A DNA stretch of 63,594 bases, the filler included, from Octopus bimaculoides (taxonomy: Eukaryota), in NCBI RefSeq assembly GCF_001194135.2. It is 4 parts of 4 records of this genome, joined end to end, with 100 filler letters (N's around TTAATTAATTAA, not from the genome) between each part and the next. Parts side by side here need not be neighbours in the genome. Positions count along the whole stretch, not along the records: positions 37,833 to 57,340 come from NC_068995.1; positions 57,441 to 63,594 come from NC_068982.1; 2 more parts are not named here. The stretch is one strand, 5' to 3'. Position numbers and translations under genes: made by a program. Shown piece after piece: positions 53,704 to 63,594 of this stretch; within the stretch, counting starts at the first letter, position 1, and each line of letters opens with the position of its first letter. The notes under the pieces are model-generated. The model saw only the letters and a list, made by a program, of their open reading frames with translations, made no database searches and was not told the origin of the DNA.

Positions 53704-53760
53704 CGCTTAGCAGCATTTCGTCCGTCTTCACATTCTGAGTTCAAATTCCACCGAGGTCCG
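53399..53760 (+). mobile_element. SINE family A copy with an internal (CCA)n(CA)n expansion, followed by another 5' fragment
   Basis: GAGCTGGCAGAATCG...GTTCAAATTCCGCCGAGG...TCCCCTCC[microsatellite]...GCAGGCATTGTGCC(ATT)n, then CTTAGCAGCATTTCG...GTTCAAATTCCACCGAGG. Confidence 0.85.
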
Positions 53761-54161
53761 NNNNNNNNNNNNNNNNNNNNNNNNNNNNNNNNNNNNNNNN
53801 NNNNNNNNNNNNNNNNNNNNNNNNNNNNNNNNNNNNNNNNNNNNNNNNNNNNNNNNNNNNNNNNNNNNNNNNNNNNNNNNNNNNNNNNNNNNNNNNNNNN
53901 NNNNNNNNNNNNNNNNNNNNNNNNNNNNNNNNNNNNNNNNNNNNNNNNNNNNNNNNNNNNNNNNNNNNNNNNNNNNNNNNNNNNNNNNNNNNNNNNNNNN
54001 NNNNNNNNNNNNNNNNNNNNNNNNNNNNNNNNNNNNNNNNNNNNNNNNNNNNNNNNNNNNNNNNNNNNNNNNNNNNNNNNNNNNNNNNNNNNNNNNNNNN
54101 NNNNNNNNNNNNNNNNNNNNNNNNNNNNNNNNNNNNNNNNNNNNNNNNNNNNTATATATAT

Positions 54162-54192
<31 letters not shown>

Positions 54193-54465
54193 CATACATA
54201 CATACATACATACATACATACGTACGTACATACATACATACATGCATGCATACATACATACATACATACATACATACATACATGCATACATACATACGTG
54301 CAAACACACATACAAGCCTTTCTAGGTACATATATATTTATGAATGTATATATATCTACAAGTATATGTGAATATATACATATATGCATATACACAAGTA
54401 TGTGCGTGCGTGGCGGGCTCGCAGGACGGAGGAAACAGAACCTAATACATGAGTGTATATATATC

Positions 54466-54521
<56 letters not shown>

Positions 54522-54553
54522 AAGATAGGTAGGTAGGTAGGTAGCTAGGTAGG

Positions 54554-54612
<59 letters not shown>

Positions 54613-54659
54613 CTATGTATATTATGCACACGCATGTGTATCCTTACACCAACAGAAAT

Positions 54660-54770
54660 CGCCCTCCTGCCTTTGTCTTCCTCGATCTATTAGCACACCT
54701 TGGGACACTCAACTACTCAGGCCTTGCTCTCCACTCTTAACCGTTTTTTACTTGATTTACTGAAGTGTGG
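54660..54770 (+). mobile_element. Decayed L2/CR1-type reverse transcriptase fragment
   Basis: [16 protein letters not shown], a frameshift, then QALLSTL. This aligns without gaps to the LLDLSAAFDTVNHQILLSTL motif. Confidence 0.35.
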
Positions 54771-55442
54771 CACCTTCCTCTCCACTCTTATCTTTCTCTC
54801 TCTGTGGAACCTGAACAAATTGATGATGGCAATGGTTGAGGAGAAAAGGTCTACATTCAATCTCTATAATTTTGTCCGCCTCACAGTGTTTTTCGCCGTA
54901 ACCACTATGAGGCAAATCTCCGGTTATTCGTGGTGAAAGTTAGACGATGGCTGCTTCATACAATGAACTCTGTTGATGGTCGATACCGATGTCGATTCTA
55001 CAAGAGCCGTCGACATAATTCCTTAAGGCAGAACTTCTCCAACAAGAACTTCTGTGTGTAGGACGGCTTCAGCGCTCTGCATGCATCTCAACAGGTATTA
55101 CCAGGACAGGAGTTTCTTGAAGTTGTCTTTTGTTCCCGGGTTGAAATTCCTTCGAAATATTCTTTTCAATTGATCTTCGTCGACGTCTGGAGTCTCTCTA
55201 GAAACGTCGCTGCCATTTCTCACCATCACTCGACATAATGAAAGAGTAGACGTACTTTCAATCACATGGTCTAAATCAGTTGTTTTCCACCTTTTTTTAA
55301 ATCCCTATTTCTCTCTATGGACTCTCATAACCATTCGATGTACATCAAAAAAAAAAAAAAGACCCCACGGTATTTTAGAAAAGTCCTTAAGAATTCTATA
55401 AAAATTTTTAAATGCTTTGTGAATTTTATTCTTTTATTCTTT

Positions 55443-55556
55443 TACTTGTCTCAGTCACTTTGTCTGTGGCCATACTGGAGCACCGCTTTTAATCGAAAAA
55501 ATCGACATGCGGACTAATTCTTTGTAAGAATGGTGCTTATTCTATCGGTCTTTTCT
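55443..55556 (-). mobile_element. SINE family C fragment
   Basis: GTGGCCATACTGGAGCACCGC block, truncated by a gap. Confidence 0.7.
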
Positions 55557-56718
55557 NNNNNNNNNNNNNNNNNNNNNNNNNNNNNNNNNNNNNNNNNNNN
55601 NNNNNNNNNNNNNNNNNNNNNNNNNNNNNNNNNNNNNNNNNNNNNNNNNNNNNNNNNNNNNNNNNNNNNNNNNNNNNNNNNNNNNNNNNNNNNNNNNNNN
55701 NNNNNNNNNNNNNNNNNNNNNNNNNNNNNNNNNNNNNNNNNNNNNNNNNNNNNNNNNNNNNNNNNNNNNNNNNNNNNNNNNNNNNNNNNNNNNNNNNNNN
55801 NNNNNNNNNNNNNNNNNNNNNNNNNNNNNNNNNNNNNNNNNNNNNNNNNNNNNNNNNNNNNNNNNNNNNNNNNNNNNNNNNNNNNNNNNNNNNNNNNNNN
55901 NNNNNNNNNNNNNNNNNNNNNNNNNNNNNNNNNNNNNNNNNNNNNNNNNNNNNNNNNNNNNNNNNNNNNNNNNNNNNNNNNNNNNNNNNNNNNNNNNNNN
56001 NNNNNNNNNNNNNNNNNNNNNNNNNNNNNNNNNNNNNNNNNNNNNNNNNNNNNNNNNNNNNNNNNNNNNNNNNNNNNNNNNNNNNNNNNNNNNNNNNNNN
56101 NNNNNNNNNNNNNNNNNNNNNNNNNNNNNNNNNNNNNNNNNNNNNNNNNNNNNNNNNNNNNNNNNNNNNNNNNNNNNNNNNNNNNNNNNNNNNNNNNNNN
56201 NNNNNNNNNNNNNNNNNNNNNNNNNNNNNNNNNNNNNNNNNNNNNNNNNNNNNNNNNNNNNNNNNNNNNNNNNNNNNNNNNNNNNNNNNNNNNNNNNNNN
56301 NNNNNNNNNNNNNNNNNNNNNNNNNNNNNNNNNNNNNNNNNNNNNNNNNNNNNNNNNNNNNNNNNNNNNNNNNNNNNNNNNNNNNNNNNNNNNNNNNNNN
56401 NNNNNNNNNNNNNNNNNNNNNNNNNNNNNNNNNNNNNNNNNNNNNNNNNNNNNNNNNNNNNNNNNNNNNNNNNNNNNNNNGAATGACTTTGCTTTTCATC
56501 CTTTCAATAAGAGGATCGATAAAATACGTGACGCACTTACTTTCACTCCGCCTCTTACACTCGGATCGATTTAACCCAGTGAATGTCTTTTCACTGTATC
56601 TATGTAAGAAATCTATATTGTGTGTCTATAGAATTTCTTACCAAAACCTATTTCTCTATGCCTCTGAAGCTGGCAGAAGAGATGGCGGTCACCAGTCAAA
56701 TTTTACACACACACACAA

Positions 56719-56767
<49 letters not shown>

Positions 56768-57058
56768 ACACACACATACATAATATAGACATTATAAATA
56801 TGTGTGTGTGTGTGTGTGTGTGTAGATAGATAGGTAGATAAACAGACAGACAGGCAGATAGCAGACATATACGCGCAGTTTCTTTTCAAACGAAGCTGAG
56901 ACAATAAAAGAGGGAAAACGAGGCAGAAACACACCGCATGTGTGAGTGCAGGTGGGGGTGGAGGTGTGTGTGAGCGTTCGTTTTTATCAAAGCTACTCCA
57001 CTTCTTCCAATATGATATTCTAATTCAAATATAATGGAGGAAAAACGAGAAGTAATGG

Positions 57059-57093
<35 letters not shown>

Positions 57094-57340
57094 TACTCAC
57101 GCACTACATATGCATATACACAAGCACATACATAATACAGACACGCGTATATATTAGCTCATACATACACAGGCACTTACATTCGTTCACACACACATAC
57201 ACACACACACACACACATGACGTTGAACAAATTTTAAACATATCAACGCCATTTACAAAGCCGTAAATATTTCTCATTAATCTCATTCGAAATAAACTCG
57301 TTTATCTGCGAATTAATTCACATATTTGAGGGTTTCTCTT

Positions 57341-57440
57341 NNNNNNNNNNNNNNNNNNNNNNNNNNNNNNNNNNNNNNNNNNNNTTAATTAATTAANNNN
57401 NNNNNNNNNNNNNNNNNNNNNNNNNNNNNNNNNNNNNNNN
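57341..57440. other. Artificial scaffold spacer (44 N + TTAATTAATTAA + 44 N)
   Basis: Same 100-bp structure as 23227-23326. Confidence 0.95.
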
Positions 57441-57471
<31 letters not shown>

Positions 57472-59419
57472 AGTGTGCGTGTATTTATATATCTATATAT
57501 GTATACATATGTTTATGTTTGCTCCTAGGTCTGAATGTGTGTGAACATGCATGTGCGTGCGTGCTTGCCTGTGCCAATGTATGTGTATATGCAACTATGC
57601 GTATATTTAATGCAGCAAGTGTATGAATCCATCATTGACGATAGAAATCAGATTTTACAGTAAGGTAAGGAGTATATTATATTTGTAGTGATTTAAAAGC
57701 TATTGGAAGGGAAATATCTTTTTGTTGTAGCACGAAAATATTCAATTGTTGATATATTTGTTTGACATCGTGTCATATTTACATTTTCTGCTGCATAGAA
57801 GGACTGTTGGTTCCTATTAAGCTTCTGTGAATCTATCGCCCATGTAAGGTTAACGCAGCGTCGTTTAGAAAACGTTGTTTCAAAAAGAGACAGAAGTTGG
57901 AGTAAATATCATAGGAAACACTGAAATAGGTTTGTTAGCTTTTGTAGAAATAAGAAAGAAAAAGAAACATTTATATTGTAAGTTCTCGTATGTAATCTCT
58001 ACTTATACAATGCTAAGAAATGAAATATTGCTAAGCCATGCACATACACAGATTTTCAATATGTAACTGAATGTTTGGAAGCTATAATATATTTACGCTA
58101 TTTTGTTGGCCTACCTCATAAAATGACCAGAATTAATATCCCTTCACAATCAAAGTGGAATGGAATAATATATTTGTGTAAAATACCTTTGTTCCATTCT
58201 GTTGTTACCAAGGAAATGAAAGTGGAACTAAACATGCTTTCTATCAAGATTTCTGCTGTCAGCAGTTGTTTGCAATGAAATGTCAGCGCACTTTTATTGA
58301 TTTTTGGCAACAAATATTATTTTTGTTCCAGAATTAGTTTTCATTTTTTGTTTCTGATCCGAAATATCTACGTAAAGCCAATAGATTAACACTGGCAAAA
58401 GAACGGTGTCTCGAATAATTGGAGATGATTGGTGATTTTCATTGCTATATCAAGGTCGTGTAAATCAGAATAACAAAAATATTGTAGTATATAACTGACT
58501 GAATATTTACTGTGCCGAATACAACTCACAGGATTATATATCATTAGAGAGAGAAGCAATAATTCACATTTCACATTATATATCACTATGGATACAACTG
58601 CCTTATAATAGAATGCATATGTACCTTGCTACAGGTCTCTATTCGTTGATTTACACATACATATGTACAACACATACACACACGCTCGCAGTCACACTGA
58701 TGCATAGATTTACACTATAGATTTACATTGAAACTAATTTCAACAATTTAATCATATGCGTACTTGCATCCAACTACCTAACTGCAACATATCTACATCC
58801 CTATCTATCGGACTAACCAAATTTCGTAGGACAAATAGGATTAATTGTACTTAATAATTGAGTATATACACATATGTTTTTACCTGATATAATAAATGCG
58901 AAAACTAATTTCTGTGGGTCAGTGTGTCATACTTAGACCCCCGCTCTCACTATTCAATGACAGTCCTACAATTCCTCACGATGGGGTGAGAGTAATACTA
59001 GGCATACATACGGTGAGGCCGGTGGCGAAGACAGAGAAAGAGTGTGGGAAAAAGAGAGGGAGAGAAGGAGAGAGACAAAGAAATTTAGGGCGGGGGTTGA
59101 TGATGCTAAAAGTAGTAGTTGTGATAGTGGCAGTGGGATTATTAATAAAAGAGAGAGAAAGAGTAGGTGTGTGAGAGAAAGGGAGGGGGTGATATATGAC
59201 CTTGATAAACCGTTTCTCTTTGACAGAAATTCCTGTTGCCACATACTGAATACTAACATTTTTGTTTTAGTTTTTTGCTTGGATTCTTTGCCATCAAATT
59301 TGAATTCTTTGCCATTAAACTTGAATTATTTGCAATCAAATTTGATGCCAAAGAATTCAAACTAGATTGAAGACATCCATAATAAATGTGAATTTCAGAT
59401 TGTCACACTTTTTAAACTT

Positions 59420-59645
59420 TGATAAATCTTTTCTACTGGAAGTAGAAGGCCTCAAATTTTGGGGTAAGGGATTAAGACGATTATATCAATTCCAGTACGT
59501 AACCGGTACTAAGTTTATCGACCCGGAATGGATGAAAGGCAAAGTCAAACTCGGCGGAATTCGAACTCCAAAACCTAACGGCAGACGAAATAACTCGAAG
59601 CATTTCGCCCGGTGTCCTAACGATTCTGCCAGCTCACCGACTTAA
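59420..59645 (-). mobile_element. SINE family A, near full length
   Basis: GGATGAAAGGCAAAGTC...CGGCGGAATTCGAACTC...CTAACGATTCTGCCAGCTCACCG. Confidence 0.88.
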
Positions 59646-59774
59646 TATAATATAGTATAATATAATATATATAATATAGTATAATAAATGTGAATGTCAA
59701 TGTGTCAGTGTCACACTTTTTCAACTTTATTCCTAGAGGCCGTAGCACAGCATATCAAACCATTTTGGAATCAA

Positions 59775-60110
59775 GATGACTCTGTGAGTGAATTATAAAC
59801 ATTCCGGGCCGAATACGGAATCACAACCCTGATATTTTGGTTTCCTAAGGTTTCATTACTGTAATTGTTTGCGGCGATTTTCTTACCTCACTTGTTGCGA
59901 CAAATGTTTTGTACGATAACAATTTTTATAATCCGAAGTATAAATCTGTGAGTAAATTAAAAACATTCCGGGCTGAATCGAGACCTTCAATTCTAAAATT
60001 TGGGATTCCTGTGTTTTCATTACTGCGATTGTTTCCGGCATTTGTTTTTTTTTTTTACACAATTTGTTTTTACGACGAATATGATCATTGAGATATGACT
60101 CTGAAGGAAC
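59775..60110. repeat. Diverged tandem duplication with 164-bp period
   Basis: TCTGTGAGT...AAACATTCCGGGC...TTCATTACTG...ATTGTTT starts at 59781 and 59945. Confidence 0.85.
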
Positions 60111-60194
60111 CAATTGCAACCTCAATCTCGAAAACAAGCCAGAGATCTATTTATAGTTGTTCCCAATTAGGGCCACCTGCTTAAAAGCCGGCCT

Positions 60195-60240
<46 letters not shown>

Positions 60241-60747
60241 NNNNNNNNNNNNNNNNNNNNNNNNNNNNNNNNNNNNNNNNNNNNNNNNNNNNNNNNNNNN
60301 NNNNNNNNNNATATATATATATATACATGTATGTATAAACATTGAGAGAGAAAAAACGATGATGATCAGGTTTTGGGTTTAGGGGCCAATTTTTCCCGCT
60401 CAACAATCAAATATGCACGTTCTTTTACTTGAAATTCCCGTACTATGTTAGCTAATAACGCTCGTATTCACTGCAGCGTTTCCGTTTTGGCTTTGTGAAA
60501 ATCTTTTGTTTAGACCTACAGGTCTTCAACAAAGAAATTATGAGTGACATTGCTACGTTCTGGAGTTACAGATCATAGCATGTAGCTATAAGATTTTTGT
60601 ACAAGACATCAAAAGGGATTTAATGCTAAAATGAATGTAATACAGATACCTATCTCCTTGGATCATTCCGTTTGAAATATAATGTCCGAGAGGATCGTTC
60701 TGCTTGCAGTTGTAAATATGTATTTACGCACGTACCATGTATGAATG

Positions 60748-60808
<61 letters not shown>

Positions 60809-61944
60809 GTGTGTGGGTGTTTGTGTGTGCGTGTGTGTGTGTGTGAACGTATTGGGTGTGTGCTAAAAAGCTTCTTTNNNNNNNNNNNNNNNNNNNNNNN
60901 NNNNNNNNNNNNNNNNNNNNNNNNNNNNNNNNNNNNNNNNNNNNNNNNNNNNNNNNNNNNNNNNNNNNNNNNNNNNNNNNNNNNNNNNNNNNNNNNNNNN
61001 NNNNNNNNNNNNNNNNNNNNNNNNNNNNNNNNNNNNNNNNNNNNNNNNNNNNNNNNNNNNNNNNNNNNNNNNNNNNNNNNNNNNNNNNNNNNNNNNNNNN
61101 NNNNNNNNNNNNNNNNNNNNNNNNNNNNNNNNNNNNNNNNNNNNNNNNNNNNNNNNNNNNNNNNNNNNNNNNNNNNNNNNNNNNNNNNNNNNNNNNNNNN
61201 NNNNNNNNNNNNNNNNNNNNNNNNNNNNNNNNNNNNNNNNNNNNNNNNNNNNNNNNNNNNNNNNNNNNNNNNNNNNNNNNNNNNNNNNNNNNNNNNNNNN
61301 NNNNNNNNNNNNNNNNNNNNNNNNNNNNNNNNNNNNNNNNNNNNNNNNNNNNNNNNNNNNNNNNNNNNNNNNNNNNNNNNNNNNNNNNATATATATATAT
61401 ATATAATAGTTGCTGGGATCGATTCGTCCTCAAATCGATGCCCTCTCATCGCCGCGGTCTAATGAGCGACAGAATTAAAAGATAAAAGATACATACATAC
61501 CCACAAACACACAAAGAGGAGACTATATGCGGCCAAAAATGCAGGCAGTGCTCTAAAACATTCGGTACGCCAGTGGGATTGCCGATCCATCATGGCAAGT
61601 AGTGTTTGAAAATATTTAATAAATGTATATCATTTAACCGTCAAACACCGCAATGGATCGATATATGCTTCAACTGAATCGCCTTCAAATCTTTAAGTCA
61701 AGATGCCATTTTGCCAGAGGTGACGACAAAGAAACCAAATGTTTTGTGGCGAAATGCATATGAGAATGTCAGTTGCAAAACTTTGGAAGAAGAAGTATAC
61801 AAAATGCTCAATAAATGAAGTGGTCAAGGCAAGCTGAATAATCTTACAAGCTGAATAATCTATGAGACAGGTGCTGCGTTATATGGTGTAGTAAATAGAA
61901 ATTAGCTGCTATGTCCTGCGAAAGTAGGCGAGAAAAAAGATTAA

Positions 61945-62200
61945 ATAGATAAGAATACAGGACTTACGAAAGTAATGGAAGCAGACCAGACCCGAGGAGA
62001 AGGAAGATCTGTTAGCTTTGAGTGAAAATTTAAAAGCAAAATGCGACGTAACATATACAAAATACTAGACGTGATGAAAAGAGAGCAAACGGATGAGAGA
62101 GTAGTTCCTTAAGAACCTCTATGAAGTTACTTGGAAGCTGTCTCTTGAGGCCAAGAGCAACAGGCTAAACTGCACTAAAGGTGAATAGGCATACACAGGA
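61945..62200 (+). mobile_element. Decayed non-LTR retrotransposon fragment, R2-superfamily (Hero/NeSL)-like, upstream of RT
   Basis: IQDLRK*WKQTRPEEKEDLLALSENLKAK...FLKNLYEVTWKL...SNRLNCTKGE resembles the helical region before the RT domain. Recognised from memory only. Confidence 0.4.
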
Positions 62201-62297
62201 GAGCTGCAGTGGCAGAAATTAAAATAAATAGTTCACAACCACACGCTTGTAATATATAGAGAGGAGATTTTTAATGTCAATCTCTTCCAATAAAACT

Positions 62298-62500
62298 TGG
62301 GTCATTTTAGCCGTGTGGCAAGGAACCCTATCTTCCATAAACATTCTTCTTTAATCATTTCACCACTGGAGAATACTGGAAAGAGCTTTTTCTGCAATAC
62401 AGACACATACTTGTCTGAGATTAAGTTTACCTCAAACTCCACTAGCTCTGATTGACCGTTGTTCCAAATTGCGCCCTGCACCATCACGCAATAGCTACCG
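62298..62500 (-). mobile_element. Tc1/mariner transposase DDE-domain fragment, frameshifted
   Basis: VMVQGAIWNNGQSELVEFEVNLISDKYVSVLQKKLFP, then MFMEDRVPCHTAK, matching SVMVWG...Y..IL...IFQQDNAPCHTAK. Confidence 0.8.
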
Positions 62501-62589
62501 TGTCATTGTTGGCAGCAACCATGTTACGTCAAATTCTTGATCACATAGTCTCCTGGACTACACACGACCACTGTCAGAAAATAGGAATA

Positions 62590-62780
62590 AAGCTAACAGC
62601 ACCAACCTAAGCAAATTTATTTGGGAACTGAAAGATTGCAATAAACAATTCTCTTTGGAATGGTCTATACTGCCTACCTCAGTTCCCTACGACAAAGGCA
62701 AGGATTTTTGTCCTCTTTGTGACCTGGAGCTTTTCCATATTCTGTTCTCCAAGAATCGTCTAGTAAACCAGATAACACAG
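62590..62780 (+). mobile_element. Penelope-like element, GIY-YIG endonuclease C-terminal fragment
   Basis: TNLSKFIWELKDCNKQFSLEWSILPTSVPYDKGKDFCPLCDLELFHILFSKNRLVN matches the LSKYIWELK...W.I...PY...C.LC..E...I pattern. There is an upstream in-frame stop at 62538. Confidence 0.85.
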
Positions 62781-63594
62781 AGAGCGTTATTATTTTTATT
62801 ATTACTACTATTTTTTACCAAATGTCCTCTGAATAATATCTTTTAATATAATCTTAAATAATATTTCTGCCTCCGTCGCCCCTTGTCTTTTATTTTCCCC
62901 TTCTATAGTTGGTTAAGTAAATCCTTCCCAGTAATGCTACATTAGTTGTGTTTGTACCATTAGTAACTTTAATTACATATACTCGATCTTCTCCTTGTAA
63001 GCATGTATATTATTATTATTATTATTTCCCAACAAAATATCTTGTACCTTGATTTACCATTAATTTGCCTTAATATCCTTATATTAATATATTACAAGAC
63101 TACGATGTTTTATTTATTATATTTACATCCTTCGCTTCAAATCAGTATGTTATTATTTGTTTTCCTTAAGGAGAAACTATTATATACGATGAATTCTCTG
63201 GATTCTCTCACTTCCTCCACCTCTTGTTTAGATTATAGCTTACAGCTTTGTTTACTAATTTTAATGTGATCCATTTTGCCTTCTCTTATTTTAATCTTTT
63301 AATTCAAACCTTTAGTATAGCGTTTAGAGCTTCTTTCCCGTAATAACTCTATGTAAACCAGCGTTCTTCTTTCTAACGGTCACTTACTTGGCCATATAAT
63401 ATTATAACTCGTACGTAAAGTTATCATTTCGCATTTGTCTTGCTTCTATATGTTGGTTCCCTGACGATGAATATATGTTCAATTCCACCACCTCTTACTT
63501 CTTTAGAGTAGAATGCATATATATTTTGAAACATATGTAGGAATTAAAGGAATTTGCTCCATTTATTATTATTATTCATATATATATATATATA

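Noticed and set aside
57795-57900. KDCWFLLSF resembling the calpain catalytic motif GDCW
   Set aside because: The preceding Gly and QG motif are absent and the rest does not resemble calpain.

Overview
AT-rich, microsatellite-saturated eukaryotic DNA, most likely an octopus draft assembly (inferred from the SINE families and repeat landscape, not checked against a database). It has many N gaps and three identical artificial 100-bp spacers (44 N + TTAATTAATTAA + 44 N) that split it into four blocks whose adjacency is not proven by sequence. Almost all of the ORF track comes from microsatellites and N runs. The supportable content is: several tRNA-derived SINE families in many copies, decayed fragments of RTE, L2/CR1-like, R2/Hero-like and Penelope-like retroelements, a Tc1/mariner transposase fragment, a complete hAT-type MITE with TIRs and TSD, and minisatellites. 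Short candidate exons of one or more unidentified minus-strand transcripts are present, the best being an in-frame pair at 43156-43202 and 42897-43010. I found no CRISPR array, rRNA or true tRNA gene, and I cannot name any gene. The most interesting observations are four unrelated minimal type I hammerhead-ribozyme motifs (two near Penelope endonuclease remnants), a pre-miRNA-like hairpin at 41611-41677, inverted SINE pairs that could form dsRNA, and a 45-bp minisatellite with a mucin-like reading frame. I see no convincing evidence of a wholly new multi-gene system.
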